Shown in pieces: positions 16,056-24,233 of a stretch of DNA of 32,242 nt. Source of the DNA: a bacterium (lineage in GTDB: Bacteria; Patescibacteriota; Minisyncoccia; Phycocordibacterales; Zambryskibacteraceae); assembly GCA_030674415.1 (NCBI GenBank), contig JAUSGP010000006.1, positions 1-32,242 of the forward strand, in the 5' to 3' direction. Made by a program: the position numbers and the translations under genes. Every line of letters starts with the position of its first letter. Position 1 is the stretch's first letter. The notes below the pieces were generated by a model. That model saw only the letters and a list, made by a program, of their open reading frames with translations. It had not been told where the DNA came from and did no database searches.

Positions 16056-17282
16056 TTAGATGTAATCCACCAGAGAATATGTCGGCATGAGCATCGAGAT
16101 GGCGAAGATTCCTACGCCAATACCGATGATAATCATGAGTACCGGCTCGATAATAGTTGAGAGATCTTTGGTCTTCTGATCGACCTCGTCTTCATAGAAA
16201 GTAGCTACTCCTAGAAGCATTTCAGCAATCTTGCCGGTCTCCTCGCCAACCGCAATCATCTCACCAACGAAGAGCGGATAGAGATGCTCGTAACCGACGA
16301 AGACCGCCGACATGGCCTCGCCTTTCTGTATAGCATCGCGCGCCCGTGTCAACGCTTCTTTGTATAAATGATTTTGCATGACATCTATCGTCACGTCGAG
16401 TGCTACCACGATCTCAACTCCGGCAGAGAGGAGCGAGGAAAGGGTGCGCGCTGTTCTCGCCGCCTGCACTTCCCGGATCATCTCACCGATGACCGGTAGA
16501 CGTAAGACGGCGGAATCGACCAACTCCCTACCAGTCTTGCTACGGAGAAACATAGTCAGACCGGCGCAGAGTACCAGAAGCGTCCCCAGGACAAGTATCG
16601 TATTGTTGACCAGGAAATCACTTAAGAAAATGATAATCCTAGTTGGAAGTGGCAAGGCCACTCCCAACCCTTCGAATGTAGCAGTGAGTGTCGGCACCAT
16701 GAAGATGAGTAGTAGGATGGCGAGGATAACCATGACCGAGAGGATGACCGCTGGGTAGATGAGCGCTCCGCGCACTTTCTTTATAAGCAGGTATGACTTC
16801 TCCATCTGATTGCCGACAATTGCGAGGGACCCAGAGACGCTCCCCGACTCTTCGCCAGCCTTAACCATCGAGACGAAGAGTCCGGAAAAGACCTTGGGAC
16901 GTTTATTTAAAGCTTCTGAAAGTGTTGTGCCGTGACTAACATCGGCTTCGAGATCGGCGAGAAGTGATTTCAGAGATTTGCTCTTGGTCTGCTTGCCCAT
17001 GACCGAGATAGCTCTGGTCACGGGAAGTCCCGCCTTGATCATCGAGCCCAAGTTCTTGGCGAAATTGATCTTCTGCTGGGTTTTGATACCGCCGAAAAAA
17101 CTGCCAAGAGAAAATGAGAAGGATGAGTTCAAAATACCCAATCCTGTAGCCTCTTTAATGGAAACGACTGTGCCGCCTTCCTCACGAATGATTTTATAGA
17201 GCGCGAACTTATCCGCCGCTTCAACTGCGCGTTCATAGACTTCCCCCGTCTTACTCTTCGCTTTGTATTTGTAAAGAGGCAT
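16056..17282 (-). CDS. pilC: Type IV pilus / T2SS platform protein (GspF/PilC family)
   Basis: 408 aa with a duplicated T2SSF-like architecture and three TM segments. Follows pilB after a 4-nt gap. Confidence 0.9.
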   Translation of the reverse strand: MPLYKYKAKSKTGEVYERAVEAADKFALYKIIREEGGTVVSIKEATGLGILNSSFSFSLGSFFGGIKTQQKINFAKNLGSMIKAGLPVTRAISVMGKQTKSKSLKSLLADLEADVSHGTTLSEALNKRPKVFSGLFVSMVKAGEESGSVSGSLAIVGNQMEKSYLLIKKVRGALIYPAVILSVMVILAILLLIFMVPTLTATFEGLGVALPLPTRIIIFLSDFLVNNTILVLGTLLVLCAGLTMFLRSKTGRELVDSAVLRLPVIGEMIREVQAARTARTLSSLLSAGVEIVVALDVTIDVMQNHLYKEALTRARDAIQKGEAMSAVFVGYEHLYPLFVGEMIAVGEETGKIAEMLLGVATFYEDEVDQKTKDLSTIIEPVLMIIIGIGVGIFAISMLMPTYSLVDYI

Positions 17283-17286
17283 TTAA

Positions 17287-19038
17287 TTATTCTGAAACCA
17301 CCCTTAAGACTTCTTCGATAGTGGTCGTGCCTTGCACCGCTTTGAAGATACCGTCTTCGATCATAGTCATCATACCATCAGTCTTGGCTCGATCTTCGAG
17401 ATCTCCGGCTGTGGCACCCTTCATGATCAATTCTTTGATAGTCGCCGTCACGCGAAGCACTTCGTGGATGCCAATACGACTTGCGTAGCCGTCTTCGGAA
17501 TCTTTGCCAGGCACGGGCTTCCAGAACGGGATCTTATCCCACTCATCCTTCGGTCCGACGATCTTCTCCTCTCTTAAGAGAGTGAGCATGCGCTCGAGCG
17601 AGACAACATTGCCAAGAGAAGTCAGTTCTTCTTTATTCAAAAAGTATTTGGTCTTACTAGCCGCGAGCTTCCTCACTAATCTTTGCGCGATAACGATATT
17701 TAAAGTGGAGACCAGGAGGAAGGGTTCGGCCTTCATATCTAAAAGGCGTGGGATGGCTCCGGCGGCCGAGTTGGTGTGTAAAGTCGAAAGCACGAGGTGT
17801 CCAGTAAGTGAAGCATTGATAGCGAGGCCTGCCGTCTCATTGTCACGAATTTCTCCCACCATGATGATGTCTGGGTCCTGACGTACCAAAGTGCGCAAGC
17901 CGTTGGCGAAGGTGAAGCCGATCTCTGGGCGCACCTGGGTCTGATTGATGCGTGCCATCTGATACTCGATTGGGTCCTCGATGGTCGAAATGTTTACGCT
18001 CGGGGTGTTTAAGATATCGAGCATGGTATAGAGCGTAGTAGTCTTGCCTGAACCAGTTGGACCAGTGGCGAGTACCATACCAGTAGTCAGCTTAAGCGCC
18101 TTATGAATATCTTCTAAGCCATGACCGTGGAAGCCCAGGCCCTCGAGGGTAAAACCAGAAACACTTTCACGCAGAAGACGCATGACCGTCTTTTCCCCAT
18201 AATAAGTGGGCAAAGTGGAGACGCGGAAAGAAACTTTTTCCCCCTCGGCGTCGATCTTGAAGCGGCCATCTTGGGGAATGCGTTTCTCGTCGAGCTTGAG
18301 ATTGGAAAGCACCTTGATGCGGGCGGTAATACCGGAAGCGGTGTTCTTCGGCAGGATCATAGCGTCACGTAAGATACCGTCAATGCGATAGCGCACCAAG
18401 ACCTGATTCTCTTCCGGCTCGATATGAATGTCGGAAGCGTCCTGGATGATGGCGTGCTTGAGCAAGGTATCGACAATGCGCACCACTGGGATATCTTCGG
18501 CGAGCTTCTTTAATTCATCTTCGGGAGCATCGTCATCCATCGAGTCTTTCATGGGCTGTAGAGCAGAAGCTTCTGCTTGGATGATATCGCCGAACTCCGC
18601 TTTCAAAGTCTTTTGATAGGAAAGGAGCGCCCACTTCATCGACTCGCCATCAGTCAGACGCGGTAGGATCCTCAACCCCACCTTCTTCTTAACGAAGTCG
18701 ATAGCGGTCAGATCCTCTGTATCAAGCATAGCCACTTCGAGAGCCTCTGCGGTCTTCTTGAAGGCCACAATATTGTGATTCCTCGCGATCGGCTCCGGGA
18801 TGAGCGAGAGTACGGGGAAATCGAGCTTCTGATTCTTCAAATCAACGAAAGGAATGCCGAGAATGTAGGCCTGCATGCGACGCAGATCATCTTCGGAGAG
18901 AATGCCGCGACTGATCAATACCGAGCCGATGCCTTGCTTCTTCTCGCGCGAGAGAGAGATAGACGCTTCCATCTCATCCTTGGAGATCAAGCCGGAGTCG
19001 ATGATAAAATTTTCAAGTTGAGTCTCGTCAATGTGCAT
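17287..19038 (-). CDS. pilB: Type IV pilus assembly ATPase (GspE/PilB family)
   Basis: N-terminal T2SSE_N-like domain, Walker A GPTGSGKTTTLY, MVGEIRD (Asp box/Walker B region), LVLSTLHTN (His box). Confidence 0.93.
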   Translation of the reverse strand: MHIDETQLENFIIDSGLISKDEMEASISLSREKKQGIGSVLISRGILSEDDLRRMQAYILGIPFVDLKNQKLDFPVLSLIPEPIARNHNIVAFKKTAEALEVAMLDTEDLTAIDFVKKKVGLRILPRLTDGESMKWALLSYQKTLKAEFGDIIQAEASALQPMKDSMDDDAPEDELKKLAEDIPVVRIVDTLLKHAIIQDASDIHIEPEENQVLVRYRIDGILRDAMILPKNTASGITARIKVLSNLKLDEKRIPQDGRFKIDAEGEKVSFRVSTLPTYYGEKTVMRLLRESVSGFTLEGLGFHGHGLEDIHKALKLTTGMVLATGPTGSGKTTTLYTMLDILNTPSVNISTIEDPIEYQMARINQTQVRPEIGFTFANGLRTLVRQDPDIIMVGEIRDNETAGLAINASLTGHLVLSTLHTNSAAGAIPRLLDMKAEPFLLVSTLNIVIAQRLVRKLAASKTKYFLNKEELTSLGNVVSLERMLTLLREEKIVGPKDEWDKIPFWKPVPGKDSEDGYASRIGIHEVLRVTATIKELIMKGATAGDLEDRAKTDGMMTMIEDGIFKAVQGTTTIEEVLRVVSE

Positions 19039-19047
19039 AAATTTGTT

Positions 19048-21405
19048 CTAAAATTCTTCAAATTGCGGATCGAAGTTGATCTGGGCAGTAGCCGCTGGGC
19101 AACTGGATTGGATAGAGTCCGTGTCGGTAATAGTTACGACAGCAGTCTTCTGTCCGATGGTACTGTAAGTCCGGTTATAAGGATTGCTACTAGGAGCAGG
19201 ACTGGTCGGGATATTGGTCCCGCTCCACGAGTAAGTGAATGGTGCTGTCCCTCCAGAGAAAGTGGCTGTCCAAGTCACACTCTCTCCGACGAAAGCGGTC
19301 GAGGGGGAGGCAACGCAGGAGACAGTAATTGGACTTCCTGAAACGATCAGGTTGAAACTCGTTTGCTTGCTTAAGGGAGAACCTGTTACCGTAATCAGAT
19401 AAGTGCCGAGGGGAGTGCTGGGACTGACCGTAAAGGTAATGACCGAGGTGCACGCCGGAGAACACGAGCTCGGCGCGATGGAATACGAAGTGCCCGAAGG
19501 TACCCCCGAGACAGAGAGGGTGATAGGCTCTGTCGTACCAGTCAAGAGAGTCTTAGTAATAGTGTTTTGAGTGAAGGCGTTGCTATTAGTTTTGGTCACA
19601 TTGGAGTTGCCGGAATTGGAAAGCGAGTAATTGAAGGGCGGTGGCGCCACGCTGAAATTAACTCGCGCCGTCTTGTCGCCATCGATGAGAGCCGAGCAGG
19701 TAGCGCTCTGACCACCACAGATCGTGCCACTCCCGGGCAACCATTTGTCAAACTCGTATCCGGAAGCGGGCGTGGCGATGAGAGTAATCCAGCCGATATT
19801 AGAAGAGTAGGTCTCGCTACAATCCCCCGGACAACTAATGCCAGGCCCGCTTATGGTGCCGGAGCCAGAATTCACGGAAGCAGTAACGGTATAAGTAGTG
19901 GTGACAAAGTTGGCTGTCACACTCTTGGCCGCATCCATAGTCACCGTGCAACCACCACTGCCGGAGCACGCGCCGGACCAGCCACTAAAGCCAGAACCAG
20001 ATGAGGGAGAAGGGGTGAGCGTAACAGCAGTATTGTAGTTATAAACCTCCGAACAATCACTCCCACAACTCACACCGGCGGGACTTGAGGTCACGGTGCC
20101 AGAACCTGCGCCAGTTTTGGAAACAGTCAGAGTGTAAACAAGAGTGGCACAGCTACTGCCATTCCAAGCTGTGCCTACGGCACAAGTTACAGAGGACCCA
20201 GAAATAGTTTCTTGATCAAGTAAAACGCCATTATTATAAAGATAGAAAGTTTCACCGCCCCATTTAATAGCGAAGGGAACATTGGTACCAGAATTCCCAG
20301 TCGCTACCGTCACATTGGTCGGTTTGGTGATTACAGAAGTGTCGATAGGATTTGTCGTGGTCCAAGAGAAATTGATATTACAGCTACTGGCCCCCGCAGC
20401 AATAACACAAGAAGAAGAAGCGGGAGTAAGGGTACCAGTACTCGGGATGACCTGAATGTCGCCGATGGTCAGCGCCCCCTGCGCGCCAGCACCAGCCGAG
20501 CCGGCATAGCCGAAGTTCGAGCCGCCTCCCCCACCACCACCGGCTCCCCGATTACCACCAGCAAGACTCACCCCGCCGCCCGCGCCACCACCACCAGCGC
20601 GCTGACTACCATTGCCACCTATTGCAGTTCTCGAAACTCCGGCGGCACCGGGTACCAAAGAAGCATTCTCGTCATTGTCGTATTCATAGTACCAACCAGC
20701 GCCGCCAGCACCGCCAGTTTCAGAAAGACCATCTCCGCCCGCCGCACCACTTGAGTTGTTGCCTGTATCATCACCGTGGCCAGCGCCTCCTCCGCCGCCG
20801 GTACCGTTACCGGCGGCGGACCCCTTCTTGCCGGGATTATGACTGGGGGCGGCGCCATTTCCCCCATCACCACCCTTCACCCCTCCAGAACCAACGTTAG
20901 CCGAGCCGCCCGTGCCACCCACCGAGTGATCGTAGGATTCCACAGGAGCTTGTCCGCCACCACCGCCACCCAAGCTCAAATAAACCGTACCTCCGGAAAT
21001 CTGGAAGGTGGTGCTCCCGCCAGCACTACCAACACTGCCGAAAGAACTGCCACCGACGCCAGCAGCACCGACAACAGCAGTGTAGGTTGTCCCCGTCTCA
21101 AGAGTGACGGTAACTCCATTTAGATTTGTCGCTCCGCCGCCACCGCCGGCTCCGCCCCATCCAGTAGAAGAGTCGTAACGACCACCTCCGCCGCCACCAC
21201 CACCAGCCACACCCTTCACAACAATAGAAAGCTTGGCATTGACCGTAATGGTATAAGTACCGGGAGTAGTGAAATTTAAAGTGCCGGCGGTAGCGGCATG
21301 GGTACCGGAAGCCGGTCCACTGTAGGTAATGGTGGGGGTCACGGCAGAAGCTAATCCCGGATTCATCACCACCAAGAGCGCTAATATAATAACGGCAGTA
21401 CGCAT
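19048..21405 (-). CDS. Secreted 785-aa modular protein: glycine-rich domain, Ig-like region, two InlB-B-repeat-like modules, PKD-like C-terminus ending FDPQFEEF
   Basis: Signal peptide MRTAVIILALLVVMNPGLASA. LNFTTPGTYTITV…VVKGVAGGGGGGGG opens about 300 aa of poly-Gly-rich sequence. YTLTVSKTGAGSGTVTSSP…FSGWSG…VTANF and a second copy follow. VTWTATFSGGTAPFTYSWSG is PKD-like. The stop lies 9 nt before the pilB start. Confidence 0.85.
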   Translation of the reverse strand: MRTAVIILALLVVMNPGLASAVTPTITYSGPASGTHAATAGTLNFTTPGTYTITVNAKLSIVVKGVAGGGGGGGGRYDSSTGWGGAGGGGGATNLNGVTVTLETGTTYTAVVGAAGVGGSSFGSVGSAGGSTTFQISGGTVYLSLGGGGGGQAPVESYDHSVGGTGGSANVGSGGVKGGDGGNGAAPSHNPGKKGSAAGNGTGGGGGAGHGDDTGNNSSGAAGGDGLSETGGAGGAGWYYEYDNDENASLVPGAAGVSRTAIGGNGSQRAGGGGAGGGVSLAGGNRGAGGGGGGGSNFGYAGSAGAGAQGALTIGDIQVIPSTGTLTPASSSCVIAAGASSCNINFSWTTTNPIDTSVITKPTNVTVATGNSGTNVPFAIKWGGETFYLYNNGVLLDQETISGSSVTCAVGTAWNGSSCATLVYTLTVSKTGAGSGTVTSSPAGVSCGSDCSEVYNYNTAVTLTPSPSSGSGFSGWSGACSGSGGCTVTMDAAKSVTANFVTTTYTVTASVNSGSGTISGPGISCPGDCSETYSSNIGWITLIATPASGYEFDKWLPGSGTICGGQSATCSALIDGDKTARVNFSVAPPPFNYSLSNSGNSNVTKTNSNAFTQNTITKTLLTGTTEPITLSVSGVPSGTSYSIAPSSCSPACTSVITFTVSPSTPLGTYLITVTGSPLSKQTSFNLIVSGSPITVSCVASPSTAFVGESVTWTATFSGGTAPFTYSWSGTNIPTSPAPSSNPYNRTYSTIGQKTAVVTITDTDSIQSSCPAATAQINFDPQFEEF
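19051..19897. repeat. Dispersed repeat copy 1 (about 840 bp), paralogous to 24237-25076
   Basis: Recognisable DNA identity, for example gatcgaagttgatctg near the 3' ends of both genes and ctacaatcccccggacaact in both. Encodes the shared C-terminal module of about 280 aa. Confidence 0.85.
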
Positions 21406-21424
21406 GTTATTCTATTTTAACACA

Positions 21425-22453
21425 ATGAAGAAAAAATTTTATATCAACATTCTCATTCTCGGGGTATTTCTTGTCGGATCGGTCATACTGATTACCCGTA
21501 CCTCATCGAATGCTGCACCGGAAATAGAAAAGATTAAAAATCTCACCAATGCCGAAGCTCAGGGGGTGGAATTAAAAAAACTTTTGGAAAGAGTTGGTCC
21601 CACCGAAGCCCAGGAGCAAATGCTCCACTCGGGACTCCCCTTCACTGGGCAAACTCACCTACTTATACATGTCATCGGGGATTATATCTACAACCAATAC
21701 GGCCCAGAGGGGCTCGCCCTGTGTCGAGACTACTTCCTTTCGGCCTGTTATCACGGCTTTATCATCAACACTTTGGGCGATCACGGCATGGACGGGATGC
21801 AAGATGCGATGGAGAGATGCAATTCTGCACCGCTGGGTGTAGCAACGCAATGCGCGCATGCCGCCGGACACGGCTTCACAGCTTGGCATGACTATGATCT
21901 TCTTAAGGGACTCTCAATGTGCGATGAATTAGGTGAGAGGGTTGTAGATTTTACTTACTACAACTGTTATGACGGCGTCTTTATGGAAAATGTCTGGGGC
22001 GTCCACAACGGCACACCTTCGGAGAAAAGATGGGTTAAAACCGATGACATCTACTATCCCTGTAATGACTCGCGCATCCCGGAAAAATATTTGAAGGGCT
22101 GTTGGGCCAACCAGGCCACTCTCATCTACCAGCATTTCAAGGGCGACCTGAAGAAAACTGCCGAAGCCTGCGACGCTGTGAAGAACCCAAGCTACCAAGA
22201 AACCTGTTACAACAACTTCTCCCGCCAGATTCACCCTCTAACCAAGGGAGATAAGGAAAAAGTTTTCTCCTTGTGCGCCAATGCCACAGGGCAGAAGTGG
22301 CAAGACGAGTGCGTGCTGACCAACATGGTCGCCTATTTCTCGGTCGGAGACAGAATCTTGCCTGAACAAATCTGTAATATGGCCAGAAGCGAGTTAAAAG
22401 ACCGTTGCCTTGAAAGACTCGACGGCATGATAAAGTATTATAGTGGTGAATAA
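21425..22453 (+). CDS. Membrane-anchored or secreted Cys/His-repeat protein (paralog A, 342 aa), function unknown
   Basis: Start at MKKKFYINILILGVFLVG (ATG 21425, with TATTTT 6 nt upstream). Motifs ACYHG, QCAHAAGHG, NCYDGVFMEN and YYPCN are shared with the next gene. Confidence 0.8.
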   Translation: MKKKFYINILILGVFLVGSVILITRTSSNAAPEIEKIKNLTNAEAQGVELKKLLERVGPTEAQEQMLHSGLPFTGQTHLLIHVIGDYIYNQYGPEGLALCRDYFLSACYHGFIINTLGDHGMDGMQDAMERCNSAPLGVATQCAHAAGHGFTAWHDYDLLKGLSMCDELGERVVDFTYYNCYDGVFMENVWGVHNGTPSEKRWVKTDDIYYPCNDSRIPEKYLKGCWANQATLIYQHFKGDLKKTAEACDAVKNPSYQETCYNNFSRQIHPLTKGDKEKVFSLCANATGQKWQDECVLTNMVAYFSVGDRILPEQICNMARSELKDRCLERLDGMIKYYSGE

Positions 22454-23723
22454 AATCTCTCTTTTCGTATTCCTACTATTTACTGTCTACTGTCTATTAC
22501 CCACTAATGCCTTCGCTCATGGCGACGCACATGGAGAACTGATCATCCGCATGACGGATAACGGCTTTGAGCCTAAAGAGCTGACAGTTACCGAAGGCGA
22601 CGAGATACTTTTCATAAACAACGACGACACGGACCGCTGGCCGGCCTCAAACTTCCACCCTTCTCACACTCTTTATCCCGAATTCGATCCCAAGATGCAT
22701 GTGAAGCCCGGGGAATCATGGAAATTTATTTTTGAAAAAACGGGGACATGGAGGATGCACGACCATCTCATCCCCCACATGACCGGTACAATTGTGGCAC
22801 TTGAGGTTTCTACCACTACCAACACCGAGACCACAACGCCGGAAACCAAGCCAAGTCTCTGGGCTAAGTTCAAAAATTTCCTCCTCAAATTATTCGAGAG
22901 GAAACCGGCGGAAGAAGCCTCCTATGATGACCATGCCAAGGCCCATTTGAAGGGCCAGCTTTTTTTCAAAGAATACGGTTTAGATGGAGTAGCTTATTGC
23001 ACTAGAGAGGCGGCCTTCGGTTGCTATCATGGGCTCTTGGAAGTGGCCTTTGCTGGCCAGAGCGAAGAGAAATACCGGGATAATCTCCTCGAAGCCGAGG
23101 GGAGTTGTCGCAAACTAGGGCGTGAGACTTCAGGAAGCTTCGCGAGCTGTATCCACGGCATAGGCCACGGCACGGCGACGTATCGAGAGCACGCTCTCGC
23201 AGTAGCACTTACGGATTGCGATACTTTAAGCCAGAAGATCAGGACTTACTGTCATGACGGCGTCTTTATGGAATTCTCGATCAGCGCGCCGTCAAGCTTT
23301 TATCATAAAGAAAATCCTATTTACCCTTGCGATGTCGCCGACGAAAGTTACAAAGTCGCCTGCGCTCGTTCTCAAGTCCAAGTCATGAGACTGCGCTTCG
23401 GTTTCGACACCAATACTATTATAGAGACGTGTGAAGAGACCGGGAATCAAAAAATTATTTATAACTGCATTGACTCTCTAGGCTACTTCATCGCCAAGAG
23501 AGCATCTGGCGAAGCAAGCAAAATCATCACCAGTTGCAATGAGATTAAGGGGGAGGCGGCCGCGGCGCAATGCGTAGCCGCGGCCGCCGGTGAACTAGTC
23601 TTCCAAGACACGCTAGGCTGGCAACAATCGGCCCCAGCAGTTTGTCAAATGCTTAGAGAGCCGTACCAACAGAAATGCCTAGAGCGAGTAGCTCAAGTTA
23701 AGCAATCATACGGACGAGACTAG
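22443..23723 (+). CDS. Secreted cupredoxin-like domain fused to a Cys/His-repeat domain (paralog B, 426 aa)
   Basis: Signal peptide …LLPTNAFA|HGDAHG. TVTEGDEILFINNDD…WRMHDHLIPHMTGTIVAL has a cupredoxin-like layout, but no Cys at the position expected for the copper ligand. Thr-rich linker. Then GCYHG, SCIHGIGHG, YCHDGVFMEF and IYPCD, matching paralog A. GTG start overlaps the upstream gene by 11 nt. Confidence 0.8.
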   Translation: MVNKISLFVFLLFTVYCLLPTNAFAHGDAHGELIIRMTDNGFEPKELTVTEGDEILFINNDDTDRWPASNFHPSHTLYPEFDPKMHVKPGESWKFIFEKTGTWRMHDHLIPHMTGTIVALEVSTTTNTETTTPETKPSLWAKFKNFLLKLFERKPAEEASYDDHAKAHLKGQLFFKEYGLDGVAYCTREAAFGCYHGLLEVAFAGQSEEKYRDNLLEAEGSCRKLGRETSGSFASCIHGIGHGTATYREHALAVALTDCDTLSQKIRTYCHDGVFMEFSISAPSSFYHKENPIYPCDVADESYKVACARSQVQVMRLRFGFDTNTIIETCEETGNQKIIYNCIDSLGYFIAKRASGEASKIITSCNEIKGEAAAAQCVAAAAGELVFQDTLGWQQSAPAVCQMLREPYQQKCLERVAQVKQSYGRD

Positions 23724-23725
23724 AA

Positions 23726-24223
23726 TTATTTTATAAGATACGAGAGCTGGACCAGAGTCTTACCTCCATTAGCACTTATCGCCACCGAGAGATTAGCCTC
23801 TACTTTAGTACCGAAGAGGGCTCTGACCGGAGCGTTGGTACTGCCTTCGGTGATCTGGTAACCGGCGTTAGTCAAATAACTTTTGTATTCGGCGTATTTC
23901 TGAGCCACCGTCTTATCGCTCCGATAACTGACAGAAAGCTGACTCGCGTCCTGATTAGGATATTCGGTAGTGGCACTTTCTAGAATCACTCCCACCTCCA
24001 AAGGAATTTCTGCTGGGAAACCAGCCGGGGCTCTTAGCGTGCCATTGACCGCTGGAGTTTCTGTAACCACGACTACCATTTCCTGACTTCCGTTTTGAGT
24101 ATCAGTTCCCTCTTCAACTTCGACAGGAGTACTCTTCATCTTGAAGAATAGAAATCCTGCTCCGATAATAAGTATGATGCCGAGAACGGCTGAAATATTT
24201 TTAATGTTTGGTGATGTGTCCAT
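23726..24223 (-). CDS. Hypothetical N-terminally anchored 165-aa protein
   Basis: Single N-terminal TM (AVLGIILIIGAGFLFF) and an extracytoplasmic domain with no recognised motif. Lies directly downstream of the 447-aa surface protein. Confidence 0.6.
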   Translation of the reverse strand: MDTSPNIKNISAVLGIILIIGAGFLFFKMKSTPVEVEEGTDTQNGSQEMVVVVTETPAVNGTLRAPAGFPAEIPLEVGVILESATTEYPNQDASQLSVSYRSDKTVAQKYAEYKSYLTNAGYQITEGSTNAPVRALFGTKVEANLSVAISANGGKTLVQLSYLIK

Positions 24224-24233
24224 AATAATTTAA

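Noticed and set aside
19567-21123. ORFs 19567-20004, 20619-20873, 20622-20900 and 20776-21123 inside or antisense to the 785-aa gene
   Set aside because: These are compositional artefacts of the GGN/GCC-rich coding region. The translations are Arg/Pro/His-rich nonsense.
21329-21424. 32-codon upstream extension of paralog A
   Set aside because: It would overlap the 5' end of the divergent 785-aa gene. The signal/anchor sequence and the -10 box support the ATG at 21425.
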